From Lama glama (Eukaryota): a stretch of DNA of 64,000 nucleotides. Numbering within the stretch: the stretch's first letter is position 1; each line of letters starts with the position of its first letter. The stretch lies in NCBI GenBank assembly GCA_028534125.1, contig CM052817.1:5890001-5954000 (forward strand). Direction: 5' to 3'. Below the pieces are notes generated by a model. It was not told where the DNA came from. It did not search any database and worked only from the letters and a program-made list of their open reading frames with translations. The translations under genes were made by a program, and so were the position numbers. This document shows, one piece after another, positions 50,901-63,062 of the stretch.

Positions 50901-51312
50901 CCTGTCTAGATGGTCTGTGCACTGGAAGTGGGGCGTTAAAAGTCCCCGACTATTGTCAGCTCCTCCCTTTGTGCTCCTATGTGAGGTGCATGTAGGTTAA
51001 TGAGTGTTATATCCTCTTGTATTGCTATCTTTATTATATGATGCCCTTCTTTACCTTTCTCACTATATAATGCCCTTTTGTCTGTTAGACTTTGTTCTGA
51101 AGTCTGTTTTGTCTGAGTATTGCTGCCCCCGCTTCCTTGTCACTTCCATCTGCATCATCTTCTCCCATCTCCTCACTTTCAGTCTGTCTTTAGCTCTGGA
51201 GTCTCTTGTAAGCAGGATACAGATGGGTCTTGCTTTTATCCAATCAGCCACGCCATGTCTTTTGATTGGAGCATTTAGTCCAATGATATTTAAAGTGATT
51301 ATCAATAGGTCT
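50900..51312 (-). mobile_element. L1 ORF2 endonuclease N-terminal fragment
   Basis: LLIITLNIIGLNAPIKRHGVADWIK...RLKVRRWEK...SDKTDF. Confidence 0.9.
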
Positions 51313-52151
51313 ATACTTCCATTCATAGAAAAAATACAGCAGAGTGGCACATGCTGTAATGACTGGAGTTGGCACAAAGAGACACTTGAGATCTTGGATC
51401 ACAGGTTGTTGAATTTTTCTCCTGGGATTTCTGAGCAGGGAGCTGCTTTGTGACTCCTTGGCTCCTCTCTCCTTTAAGCTCTCTAGGAAGTAACTTGGTG
51501 AAGGACCTTGAGATCCACTCCCAGTTGGTGATGCACAGGCTCTGGTGTGAAGGTGAAGCTTTCGTCATTCTAATGAGCTTGTTGGAGAACATAAGAGGGA
51601 TACCTCAGTCCCATAGGCTTAGTGGTGGTTGCTGGGTGCCTTATTGTTGTCCTCAAATGACCAAGAAAGTTCTGGAGTGTTCTCTGTCAGAATTGTCCAG
51701 TAAATAATGGCTCTCTGCCTCCCTCTCTCCTTTATTCCTTCTCTATCTGCCAGAGTTGGAGAAAGAATGCCATGTCAACAGAGAATTTTTTCCCCAATTC
51801 CCCAAGCATTCCTGGATCCTCAAGGAAAAGCACTTGACAATAGGAAAAAAAAAAAAGAACTGTCAACTGTTGTAATGTGTTTTAGGCTTACTGGACAGAT
51901 CAAAGAGCCCCAATCCTGTGATGTGAACTGAGATTGGCTGTCTGCTAGGGAAAGCTGTGGGTGGTTCCAAGAGTTTTCTCAGTTTATGTATTACAAGCTG
52001 AGCAAAATCTTTTTTTCCACACAACTGTATCATCTCTTCACTAGTAAACCCCGGGAACTGAGGATAGTTTATGTACTCATCAAGGAACAAAAATTTCATT
52101 TCCTTTGTCACCTACAAACTTGAAGATAGAACAAAAGCATATGAAAAGTCA

Positions 52152-52560
52152 AGTGTCTTGAGTCTGGCTTCCCTAGAAAAGCAGACTCCTTGAGATAATT
52201 TACATGCACTTGGTTTATAGGAAGTGCACTTGGGAACACTGGGAAATAAGTCAAGACAGCAAGATAGGACAGAGAGAGAAGCTGAACTGTAACAATGCAA
52301 GTTTCGACCAGCTTCATGAGGTGCTCTGGAGCCAGAGTGGCCCTCCAGAGTTGTCCTAAACTGAGCAACATGGATGGACCTCTGGTTACTTCAGACCAGC
52401 CAGTGAATGTGGCCTCCCCCAGGGAAGGGGCATAGCCTTGGGTGAGCAGTTCTCATTGGAGTGAGGGCCATGCCCTGAGGGGGATGAGCATCTTGGCATT
52501 TTCAGCGCAGAAATTATCAGTGGTGTCGCACAGCACACATCATCAGGAAGGATGTGTATC
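52152..52560. mobile_element. LTR16A-like ERVL LTR
   Basis: ggcttccctagaaaagcagac...gctctggagccagagtggccctccagagttgtcc...cccccagggaaggggcatagccttgggtgag. Confidence 0.7.
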
Positions 52561-53344
52561 GTGCGCCCATCTGGAAACAAGCAGATCTCATCCTGGGGTT
52601 CCCTTGTCAAACCTCATCCTAATGACGTTTCCTTTTGCATCCTGGTAGGCCTGTGGGTTTCAATTCTGGGGCCGTAGTTCTTTCAAAGAAAGTTCAGGGG
52701 ATGAACTACAGGGTTGGATGCAAAGCTTCTGGATTGATCTCTGGTTTAGTGCTTCTTAGAGAGATTGACATAAGAAGCAGCCAGAAGCAATGGAAATGGT
52801 TGTACTGAAAATGCTGTGGAGGGCCTGTGAGTGGTTTTGGGTCCTTTATCCCATTTCTAGAGAGGCCTCCCCCTCAATCTTTTCTGCTAGGGTCCAAGAT
52901 TTTATCTGGGGACTCTGTAGTTATGTGAAGCCCCTTACCCATTGCCATATACTCAGCAATTACATCAAATGAACAGAGTGGCTCAACCAAATCCCTGGAA
53001 TACACCCCTGCTCACCATAAATGTCACTTCCTCCCTGGAGACCATCATACTAGCTAGTGGTCAACTCTCAGTGAGACGCTTACTCTGCCTACTTCATCTT
53101 TTCCAGAAGACGAGTCACCCAGAACTCCTGTCTTAACCATAAATAGCTTGAAGAAGCATAGTTTCTTGGATACTTACCTACCTTTACTTAGTGTCAGGGG
53201 AGTCAGGTAATTTGGGAGACTGCTGGCATGACTGGGAAGTCAGAGCGTGCCCTCACCCCAAAATCATCAATGCTGAAGATCTGCTTTTGCCCTTAAGCTC
53301 AGGAGCCTTCAGCCGTGAATCTGGGTATGAGGATGGACCTGTTT

Positions 53345-55620
53345 CTAACTAAGCGTTCTCTGTAGAGATGTAACCACAACTTGGTTCTCATTGTCCTTGT
53401 GAATGTCGGGGGTGCATGCTTGGTGTTGTAGAGTTTTCGTTAGGTCTCCTGGCGCTGGCCCAGAGGTAAACATCCCTTCTGTGCTCTGGCTAGAAGCAGT
53501 AGGCCAGTGTGGCTGATGGGAGAGGTAGAGTGGTGACTGGGTTTCATCGGCAGATGTTACTTGGAAGAGTAGGTTATGGATCCAGTTGAGATTCAGGCTA
53601 TTTGACCACAATGCATCTTCATGATAAAGCTTGGAGATGCCATGTGATTGCCAGGAGGACTTTACCAGGGTAAAGGGTACCTTTTGATAATGTTGTAGTT
53701 CCTTTTCCATTTCTTGCTCAAATATTTGTTGACTGAAAAGAAAAAAGGCATGTCCGTACAGCTCTGTTCTAGGTGTTTGTGATACTCAAGATAGAAGAAA
53801 ATTTTTCTTTATTCCCCAAGAGGGGCCCCTGAAATCAGACAATTGGATCTGTTCAAGTTTTACCGCAGAACAACCTCCTACAGAGCTCAGAGGTTGTCTG
53901 CTAAGGGTGGACTCTCTCCTTCCACATTAGTCTGTGCTGCATCATGCATGCCTTCTGCTCTCCATTCAACCCACTGTCTGACCCTCTTGTAAGTCTGTTC
54001 TCTGAAAGTCCATGGCCAAGGCTGTTTTAGGGAACCTCAGAAGATGTGAGTGGTGGGCTGAGTCAACATGGAACAGATGAAATCCAGGGGTGTGATATGT
54101 GATCAAAGAATTGGGTGACCATTAGGGGATCTAGAACACATTGCTAGGGACAAACCTGGAGCTAGCATCAAGGGTAAATTGCCTTGGGCTGAGGGCCTTA
54201 GGCAAGGACTGATAATCTGGTTCACCATACACTGGAGCCTGGCCTGCCCACAGTGGCCTTACTGTGAAAAGTTGAGCAGATTTTCACTGACAGATATGCT
54301 AGTGTTCATGGTCATGGGTACCAGTGTTCAGAACAATGGAACACAGACCTGGGTGCCCCTTCATGGAAGAAAAGGGAACATACCCTTAGACCCTTAGAAA
54401 ATGTTTTGTAAGATGAGTTACTGGTCAGTCCACAAATCTGTACCATACTAGAGTAGTAAGTGATCGATGCCACATATTCACCCTGAGGTTTCAGAAGTGC
54501 CCTGGACCTGGCTCTTGAAGGGCTTGTCTCAAGTACATACATTTGATGTATCATTGTTGTGCTTGGTGAGTAGACATCTTTCTGGGATGACTTGGTGGCA
54601 TTTGATCAAGATTGTCATCACAATCTCTATGGCCCTTCTTGTATCTTAGATGTGTGCTTAGTCACCCTTGGAAGGTACAGTGATCCAGTGACTAGAAAGT
54701 GTCATGTGATTTGACAAATGGATTGTGTAGTTCCCTTGTTGTGTCTTTAACTCTTTAGTCGGAAGGCGTGTTGCTCCTTGAAGGATTGTTTTAGTCTCCC
54801 TCATAAGTCACAACCTATGGTCTGATTGCAAGAGCCTCCTCATGGGAAACAAGGACTTGCTGTAGGACTGCTGTGTGTACTTTCCTGAGGGTCTCTATTC
54901 ATCTGATACTTTATACTTCATCTATATCTTCCTCTTTTTTATTCAATCCAAAAAATAGTCACATGGGCAAACAAGGAGCCCTGGGGTGTTGGGGATCCTT
55001 GGCCCAAAAACTTCCCCTGGACCTTTTTGGTTTTTCTGAAGGGAAAGTCATCTAGTCAGGTTGAACTTTGACCTCTAATCATCGCCACATGATGGACTTA
55101 ATTTTCTTAACTTTCTCAGGTCAGGGACTTGGCTGTTGGCAGCTGTAAGGTCATGTTCTTTAAGCTTCAGAACATAAGTATCTATGAAATTTATTAGACA
55201 TGGAAAGGACACTTTTAACCTGATTCTGTATAGGTGGGTCATCTGTGCCAAGGATCTGGTAACATCTGACCAGTGAAGTTTCATTAGAAGTACCTCCAGC
55301 TGTTGAATGCAGCTCTCTGTAGCGTTAAGATGCCATTGATAGTAGGCCACAGGGATTTATCCCACTGAAGTGTCAGGACCCAATGTTTTCTTAATGTTGT
55401 CCTGTGCGAAGAAATAGAACTCCTGGTTGTCAATTGCCATAGAGGCTGAGATCTCTATTTCATGGATGCCTTGGTCTACTGAAGCCTATTCTGAGTCCAC
55501 ACCTGTGGGGCTCTTTTCTGTATTGGTCTGCTGCTTTGTGGAAAGAATGCAGACAGTGGAGACGAAACTTAGCAAAGGGCACCTGGGCAGAACCACAGAG
55601 TCATGGAGTTTAAGCCCTGT
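53345..55620 (-). mobile_element. Decayed envelope-like region (F-type fusion-protein-like) of an ancient Gypsy/loki-like element
   Basis: Minus-strand motifs in order, across frameshifts: IQKR|A 55509-55523, IEISASMAID 55429-55458, helical segment 55075-55350, FRLKS 54750-54764, CLLTK...VC..DKPF 54517-54576, ICGL 54426-54437. Confidence 0.45.
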
Positions 55621-56019
55621 GCCCAACACACCAGATATGGCCTCCAGTGCAAAGAATGATAGGCAGGTTGGTCTCCAGTCATAGCTTTCAAGATATCAAT
55701 GTAGCAACTGTATTCAGTGTCCCCAGAGGGGAACAGCAGTGCTCAACTGTTACCTTCACTGTCTTTGTACAAGCCTTTAGGGCAGCAGTGCATGGCAGAG
55801 GGGAGTGGTCTTAGGAAAACTTTGAAGAGATAGGTGGAAGGTGACTCATCTCATCTCTGAAGAACAAGATTTCACCAACCAAGGTGGGACTTTATTTTTG
55901 TGTGCATCTTGAGTTAGAGAGTCTTAGAACTCTTGAAGATTTTAACCATGCTATGAAACATCCGAAGACTTCATTTTATTTGAACTTGGTCTCAAAGCAG
56001 CCAGCTAGGTCAGGACTTT

Positions 56020-56170
56020 CTAACCTCATTCGTATGGATGTCTCTGGCTGGATAAGACTCCTTTGTTGGGGGCTGTCCCGTGCGTTGTAGGATGTTGAAC
56101 AGCATTTGTCTACTGTGACAAATGTCTCGACACAGCTATACTTGGGAGCAAAATGTCTCCTGGCTGAATC
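56020..56170. mobile_element. MER20-like fragment
   Basis: ggctggataa...ttgttgggggctgtcccgtgcgttgtaggatgttgaacagcat. Confidence 0.7.
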
Positions 56171-56719
56171 AATGAGCTCAGTCCTTCAAGGAATACCTGA
56201 GGGCACCTTGCAGCTCTTCTCTCATGGGGCCTTGGTGGATAGGGGCCTGGATGCTCTATTTTTCTCATGAGCTCAGAAAGGTGGGAGAATATTCTGGAGA
56301 GAGGACAGGACACTCCCCCCACCGAAGCCAACTCTTTCTCCTTGGGTAGATCTCATCAATTTAGCTCCTACAGCCTGGCATGTGTTTCATTCTCTACTCT
56401 CACTTTGAGGAATCCTCTTCATCACTTGATTGTTGCTGTGAAACTTGAAGCTAAACATGGTATCTTTCTTCTTTATTGCATAAACCCCAGTGCAAGAGTC
56501 TTGCTACTCAGGTCTGAATCTGAGTAACCCTTATATATTCATGTCAGACACACTCTGGATCATGCTTAGTTCATCTGGGTGGAAGCTGAGTGAGAAACTA
56601 GCATGTCCTGTTGATGTTGGCAGTGGCTTCAATCTCTGTAGGTGACCTAAGGGGCCATGTTTGAACCGTGTGCTCCTGGAGCCAAAACCATCATCAGAAG
56701 GCTTCTGACGACTCTCAGG

Positions 56720-57106
56720 AGTTGAGTTAGGATTCAGTTTCTCTTAAAATATAATAATAATAAAAAACCCCAGGAGATTCATTACAAGGCGTTGACTCAC
56801 GTGATTGTGGGGATGGCTTGCCAAACCTAAAACCCGTAGGGCAGCCAGTTGGGAAGTACAATCTGAAAGTCTTAGGCAGAAATTGAGCCTGTAGTGCACA
56901 AGGGATATTTCATCAGGAAAGCCCCTAATTGGCTCCTCAGGCCTTTGAGGTGATGGGACCAGGTGCACCTACATTATCTAGGATTATGTCCCATACTTAA
57001 AACCAACTGATTTTGGACGTATCACACAATACTTTTGAGACACTAGTGTCTGAAATAAGTGGAAACTGTTGCCTGGATAAGTTGATAAATTAAATTGACC
57101 ATCACA
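56720..57106. mobile_element. MLT2 (ERVL) LTR
   Basis: gagattcattacaaggcgttgactcacgtgattgtgggg...cacctacattatctagg...aagttgataaattaaattgaccatcaca. Confidence 0.8.
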
Positions 57107-57190
57107 AGTTCTAAAGACCTTTTTTCTGGAGAAACAGAGCCAAGTGCTAAAAATCAGGAAAATGTCTGTGCAATCTGACTTTCCTATATA

Positions 57191-57406
57191 CAGTTGACCC
57201 TTAAACAACATGGGTTTGAACTGTATGGGTCTCTTTATGTACAAATTTTTCCCCGTAAATACACACTACAGTACTACAGGATCAGCTGTTTGAATTCACA
57301 GATGCAGAACCGTACGTAAATGTGCTGGGCCGACTGTAAAGTTATACGTGGGTTTTTGACTGCGTGGGGGTTGGTGCCCTACCCTGCATTGTTCAAGGGT
57401 CAACCG
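57191..57406. mobile_element. MER8/Tigger2-type MITE
   Basis: TA|CAGTTGACCCTTAAACAA...TTGTTCAAGGGTCAACCG|TA: terminal inverted repeats with a TA TSD. Confidence 0.9.
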
Positions 57407-59169
57407 TACTAATCTCTTGAAACCACCAGGATATTGTTTTTCCCAAAGCATAATCAAAAGCCCGATAGACTTCCACACTCAGACCTCACATAGTACCTAG
57501 GATGCCCTACTCACACTGCATGTACCAATGCAAGGTACAGGGAAGGGTTCCAGGACTGGTTTCATAAATTCTTCTCTGGATCATCTCATGTGCTGCTGTA
57601 GCCCATGTCACTTCTATAGGCTTCCAGGGATCAGGAAATGTGCATAGTACAATGACACTGAAGTGGCCAGAGTGCCTGGTTTGGTCCTGAGGCAGGTGAT
57701 GGCAGATCAGGACATCTCAATATCTTAGTTTTCCTCTGGGAATACAGTTTTTGTGGAGGACATAAACAGTGGTGGGCCCTGTCTTCCTCACCCCAGCTCT
57801 CTGGACCTCATTTGGAATATGGAATATTTTCATGGCCATGTACAGTATTAGGCCACCTGCCCCAGGCCACCAGATCTAGTGTATATATGTCTGGATATTG
57901 CTATCTTGGCTGCCTTCCTCCAACATGAAAAGCTCCCTTGGTAGGGCTGGGTACCTCACACCTTCAGCTTCATTCTTAAGTGTGGCAGAAGCTCATAAGA
58001 ATCAACATTAGAGGGACTGAAAGGAAGGCTGATAAGATGGTGGTGGTGGGGGGAAGCAACTGAGGGCTGGAAGGCATTGGGCTAAACACTGTAAGCACAC
58101 TTTTAATTTTAGATACTCCAGGGGCCTGAAGTTCTCCGCTGTAGGAGGTCAAGGACTTGACAAGACTTGAGGTCACTACTGAGAACCATCTCTTGTTAGG
58201 TGCACAGGGAGTGGTCTCCAGCATCTGCTGCAATGCAGCTCCATGGCCTCCATTGGTGGCAGGCACTGGATGAGCAAGGGTGTCAACTATTGAATGAAGA
58301 GGAATGAAATGCAGCTCCTTTAGGCATAAAGTATCTTTGAACCTTATCAGGCACAAAGGGGACATTTTTAGCCTGAGATTGTGTCCATTTACCTCAAACA
58401 ATGGTCTTGTAACCTTGATCCATGTTGACCAGTGAAGCTCCACTTGGAACCCTTTTAGTTGTGGAATGCTCCCTGCCTACAAAATTTTCAGGACATCAGA
58501 AATGTGGAGGCTGCAAAAGTGTTCCCCACTGCCAAAGTGTCAGGGCCCAGTGCTCATCTTGAGGGTTCCTTGCGTGAAGGAAGAAGAATTAGTTTGCTAG
58601 TCACCATTGAAATGAAGGTGTATTGATTTCACAGGTCTCCCAGTCTGCGGAAGCTTAGAATTTGTGCCTATAAGGCTCTTGTCTGTGCTGCTCTGTTGCT
58701 AATTTGAAGAAGGAAAGCAGAAAATGGACAGAAAGCCTAGCACAAAAAGAACCTGGCCAGGACTGCAGAGCTTGCTGTCCTGGGCTCTGAGGTCTGCACC
58801 CAACACGTCTGATTTGATGTTCAGGAGAAAGCAATGGGTGAGTTGGTCTCCTAGTCGTGTCTTAACACCAGATGGCCTCTGTAGCATAAATGTCACCACA
58901 GGGAAATGGGGAAAAGCCAACTTGTGTTCAATGTCAGCGGGCACACTCTTGAAGGAAGCAATGCATAGCAGATGAAGGGTCTTTGGAAGAATGTCAAAGA
59001 GCTCTCTCTCCACTCTAGGAAACAAGCTCTAACAGTTTGGGTTGGGTTTATCCTTGGGGGCTGCTTCAGGTCATGAATACTCAAATCCTAAAAGTTTTAC
59101 CTGTGCTTCTAAACAGACATCAAAGTCAGCAGACTGGTCAGATTTTCTCTTGCAAGAGCACCAGCTCGT

Positions 59170-59345
59170 AAACGTTTCCCAGCCTCAGTATTGTTGACGT
59201 TTTAGGTTGGGTGATTCTTTGTGGGGAACTGCTGTTACAGCACAGGATTTTTAGCAGCATCTCTGATCTCTTAAAGCCATTAGCTCCATTCCACAAATTA
59301 ATGACAACTGAAAACCTCTCCTTCCATTGTAATATCGTTGATAGA
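59170..59345. mobile_element. MER20-like fragment
   Basis: cctcagtattgttgacgttttaggttgggtgattctttgtgggg...ggatttttagcagcatctctg. Confidence 0.6.
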
Positions 59346-60252
59346 ATGGATCCTGTCTCTAGTCAAGAACACTCTTTCCCCTCTCTAAAATTTAGAGCAC
59401 TAAAGCCCCTCTGTCACTTACTGACCCTTCTGGTCTTGCTGGAGAAATCTCTTGAAGGGCATCAACTTGAGCTGACCAAGGCTGGCTGGCCTTGGTCAAG
59501 CACAGAGCCTGGCACCCAGAGGAACTTGAAACTGAGGCTAGAAGGTTGTGATCTCCACCAAGGGAACTAACCTACTTGAACTGAGTCAATCTTCCACTGC
59601 TCCCTCCCTGCCATCTTTCCTTCTGCTACTCTGGGGAGTTGCTGGTTGGGATAGAAGTTGGCACAGGACTGAAATGACTCTGAGGTGCTCACCAAGAGGT
59701 TCAAGCACCTACTGACCTCAGGTCACAGTTCAGTCCTTTGCCAGTTGATGGAATCAGTCTGATCTTTGGTTCCATTGCTGAAGCAAACTTGGAACTTTCT
59801 TGTCTCAGTACAATCGACTGGCCCACAGGAAATTGGAGATCCTTGAGGAGACTTACTTGGACAATGGAGCTGGGTATAGGATTGTTTTTCCTTTTAAAAT
59901 GACACCGGTGGGGCTTTTAAGTCAGAGATTGAGACATTTGGTCCATGAATCCCTCTGCTTGACATTCTGTCACCTTGGACTGCGTGGGAATGGGCATCTC
60001 CACGCGCCTATGGATGTGAAAATTGGTTTACATTTCAGAGCAATGTACCTTTATATTCTTAATGCTTGATCCTTGGATGTGTAAAGTGAACTTCCTGGCT
60101 TCTGTAAGTAAGCTCCATGTACCTCTAGTGTTTTATCACATGCTTATTGTATACAGTAGGGGCCAATTCTGTAAATGGATGTGTTGTACAAAGAACAGGA
60201 ATATCTCTTGTGTCTTTGGTGTCGTTGCATTAAAGTGATATAACTGAAGGAA

Positions 60253-60560
60253 AAAATAGCAGCTTGTTTAGGGGCAAAATTACCCCTAGCGAGGACTTCT
60301 GAGCTAGGTCTTTCCTAGGAAGACGAGTAGGTGCCCACTGGTTTGACAATGGGTGGAATGTTGAATGCTGATGAATTGAAGTTTCCTTTGATTCCAGAAA
60401 GTGGGGAAAATAGCAGCTTGTTTAGGGGCAAAATTACCCCTAGCGAGGACTTCTGAGCTAGGTCTTTCCTAGGAAGACGAGTAGGTGTCCACTGGTTTGA
60501 CAATGGGTGGAATGTTGAATGCTGATGAATTGAAGTTTCCTTTGATTCCAGAAAGTGGGG
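60253..60560. repeat. Near-perfect 154-bp tandem duplication
   Basis: 60253-60406 versus 60407-60560; the only difference seen is C60334/T60488. Confidence 0.95.
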
Positions 60561-60599
60561 AGAGTTTGGATGGCCTTGGTCAGAGATGGGGGATTTCTC

Positions 60600-63060
60600 C
60601 AAGAGGATCAGCTCTATCTCCTTCGAAATTTTCCCTAAATTTAACTCATAAGACTTCTTATTCCCAACTGTATCCTCTTCCACTTTGGGGACTCCCTTTT
60701 CAACCCTTGAGTTGTGTTCCTGTAACTTACAGTTCAAAGTCTTCATGTCCCCATGTTGTATATGTCGATGTTAGTCCTTAGCACATAAATTCTTAGCATT
60801 TAAGTATCTGAATCTGACCTATGTCCTCATTTGGAATGCTTTCCAGTCACATTTAGCTTGGATGGGAGGATGCTGAATGAGAAACATGTCTCTCCTGTTG
60901 TCTTTGTGAGGTGTATCCCTGGAGGTGGCATGAATGACTGCCCCTAACCATAACCACCTTGCTGCTGATAGCCATCCTTGGATGACTTCTGACCACTCAA
61001 GAAATTGATAGACTTAAATTCTCAATTCTTGGTTGATGTCTTAGGGAAGCAGTTAATTATACAAAAGCAGTCTGATATCTAACACTGGCCACTGTTTCTG
61101 CAGCCATTCTGCTCAAATTTCGGTATTGTCCATCAACCAGAAGTCTCATGGCATAAATTAGAAATCCCTAATGCCTGACTCATATTGATCCCTGAGATCT
61201 TTGCCCATGCTGGAAGGACCAGATGGAAAAATAGGACCCATGGTGCTGGAACAGGTGACCATTGGATATTTATGCCCAAAATATATGCTGTTACTTGTGG
61301 GCTGATCAAGGGCCCTACAGTGTCCCAGACCACACTCAGGGCCAAAATGAAATAGATGTGTCTGGGTGAGGGGTGCTGACAGATGTGAGGGGTGTGGGAA
61401 CTGAGCAAAAAGCCCACTCATGGGAGTTGGAGATACACAGCATTTTTGCCGAGAAGGAGAGGACAGCCTTTGGCTGGCCTCTGATTTGCTGGTGATGGAC
61501 CAGGCTGGGAGTAAAGTGAATTGTTGGATAAATGTCCCATGACCAAAGTAAAAGATGGCAACTTCCTAAGTGTTCTGATGAAGTTTTATTTTGTCATTAA
61601 ACACAGCCTGGTGACACTTGAGAGAATAGGTGTTATGGGAGGCAGTCAGTTTCTAAGAAGTTGGCACAAGTTTTCATTTCTCCAAATGTCTTCAAGCTTT
61701 AATCCTCTTTAAGTTGAGGCTGTCACCTTTTGTAGCTTCACTTTAATCTAGGGAATAACTCACATGTTAGTCTACCTCCCTGAAAGAGGGACCCATGTTC
61801 TCATGCCTTTTTTATTTTTAACACCTTGCTTGCTCAGCTTTGGGAAATATTTGATCATTACTCATCTTCTGTTATGGCTGTGATTATTTTGTAAAAGATC
61901 AGAGCTTTTGTAAACATGTGGCTATCTTCCCTGTATGTATAGCACTTGCAGGGAATTAACATTCTCCTATTATTTTTTAACTCATCCTTGGCACATGAGA
62001 ATGATGCTTAAATCATTCCAGGTCATTGGGGAATTGTCCTCCATAGGTCTTGGATTATGGGGAGGCAGGGCATGTTGGGTCAGACTCCCCATGAGTCAGC
62101 ACCCTAAGTATAGTGGTGCAAGGATTAGTTAACAGTATCTAGTAACCTTACCTCCACAAAGAGGTTGGAGGGCATGTTTGCCAGGGTGTTTCCAAGACAT
62201 ACTCACCAGGTTGTATGTCATGCGAGGTCTTCATCTCCCAGGAATGCACTGTGACAATGCTGCTTGACAAGCTTTGCATTTCAAGTGCTTTAGTTAATTC
62301 TTGGCAATAGGTGAGCTCTCCTGTAATCATAGCAGGTTCATATATTCATTTAGTCTCATGGATCTGCCAGTAATAATGTCAAATTGTGACAAATGGTGAC
62401 AATCTATTTTCTTCTGAGGGAGTGGATCTTAGACTAAGCATAACCAAAGACAATACTTTGGGCCAAGGCAGCTTAAACAATTCAACTAATTTTGCCAACT
62501 GAGTTTTAATTATTCCCTTAGTGTGTTCTACCAATCCAGAAGACTAGGGATGGTAAGCACAGGAAAATGTTGCATAATTGGCCCAGTGTTACAGACTAAA
62601 ACTTTTTCTGTAAAGTGGAGCCTCTGCCCTATGTAGTTCAGAGGAAATTCCCCAAGTTGGGATGATTTTTTCTAACAATACTTTACTAACTGCTGTGGCT
62701 GTAGCTCTGTGACATGGAAATGCTTTTACTAGTAAGAACAAAAAAAATCATTACCAGAACATATTTATACCCTTCAGAAGAAGATAACTGGATGAAGTCC
62801 ATCTGCCATATCTCCAAGGGCCGTGAGGGAAGAGGAAAATGTCCCATAGTTGTGTGAAGAGGCTTTTCTAGGTTATACTTAGAATAAATGTGACATCTCT
62901 GATACCATCTTTGGGGATGGTTTCCAATGGTATTGCTTTCCCCAAGATACCATTTTGTCAGTATTCCAATGAGTTAATTTCTGTGTGTAATTCAATATTT
63001 GTTCTTCTAGGCAATCAGGGAGAACAGACTGGCCATTAGGACTGAACCCCATAGGTTCAG
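60600..63060 (-). mobile_element. ERV1 (gamma-like) internal remnant: integrase and env
   Basis: Minus strand GHFPLPSRPLEIWQMDFIQL..SEGYKYVLVMI, AFPCHRATATAVSKVLLEKIIPTWG, CAYHP*SSGLVE...LPWPKVL at ~62400-62850; a QQGG..AVI TM-like remnant at ~60930-60970. Confidence 0.85.
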
Positions 63061-63062
63061 TT

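Larger units (their letters stand above)
56170..59100 (-). mobile_element. Decayed Gypsy/NYNRIN-like pol (tether, RNase H, integrase) interrupted by MLT2 and MER8
   Basis: LAFPHF...FMLQ from 58920, PIAFS 58824-58838, VDTLA 58273-58287, WWPG..QV..YC from 57872, DLP...LEAY 57616-57627, GPY 56239-56247; all minus strand and in pol order. Confidence 0.55.

Noticed and set aside
47880-52560. Single complete ERVL provirus bounded by two LTRs
   Set aside because: The two LTRs share only their starts and differ internally, and no TSD was found; left as separate fragments.
60253-60560. CRISPR-like or functional array
   Set aside because: Eukaryotic DNA with two adjacent copies and no spacers; a simple tandem duplication.
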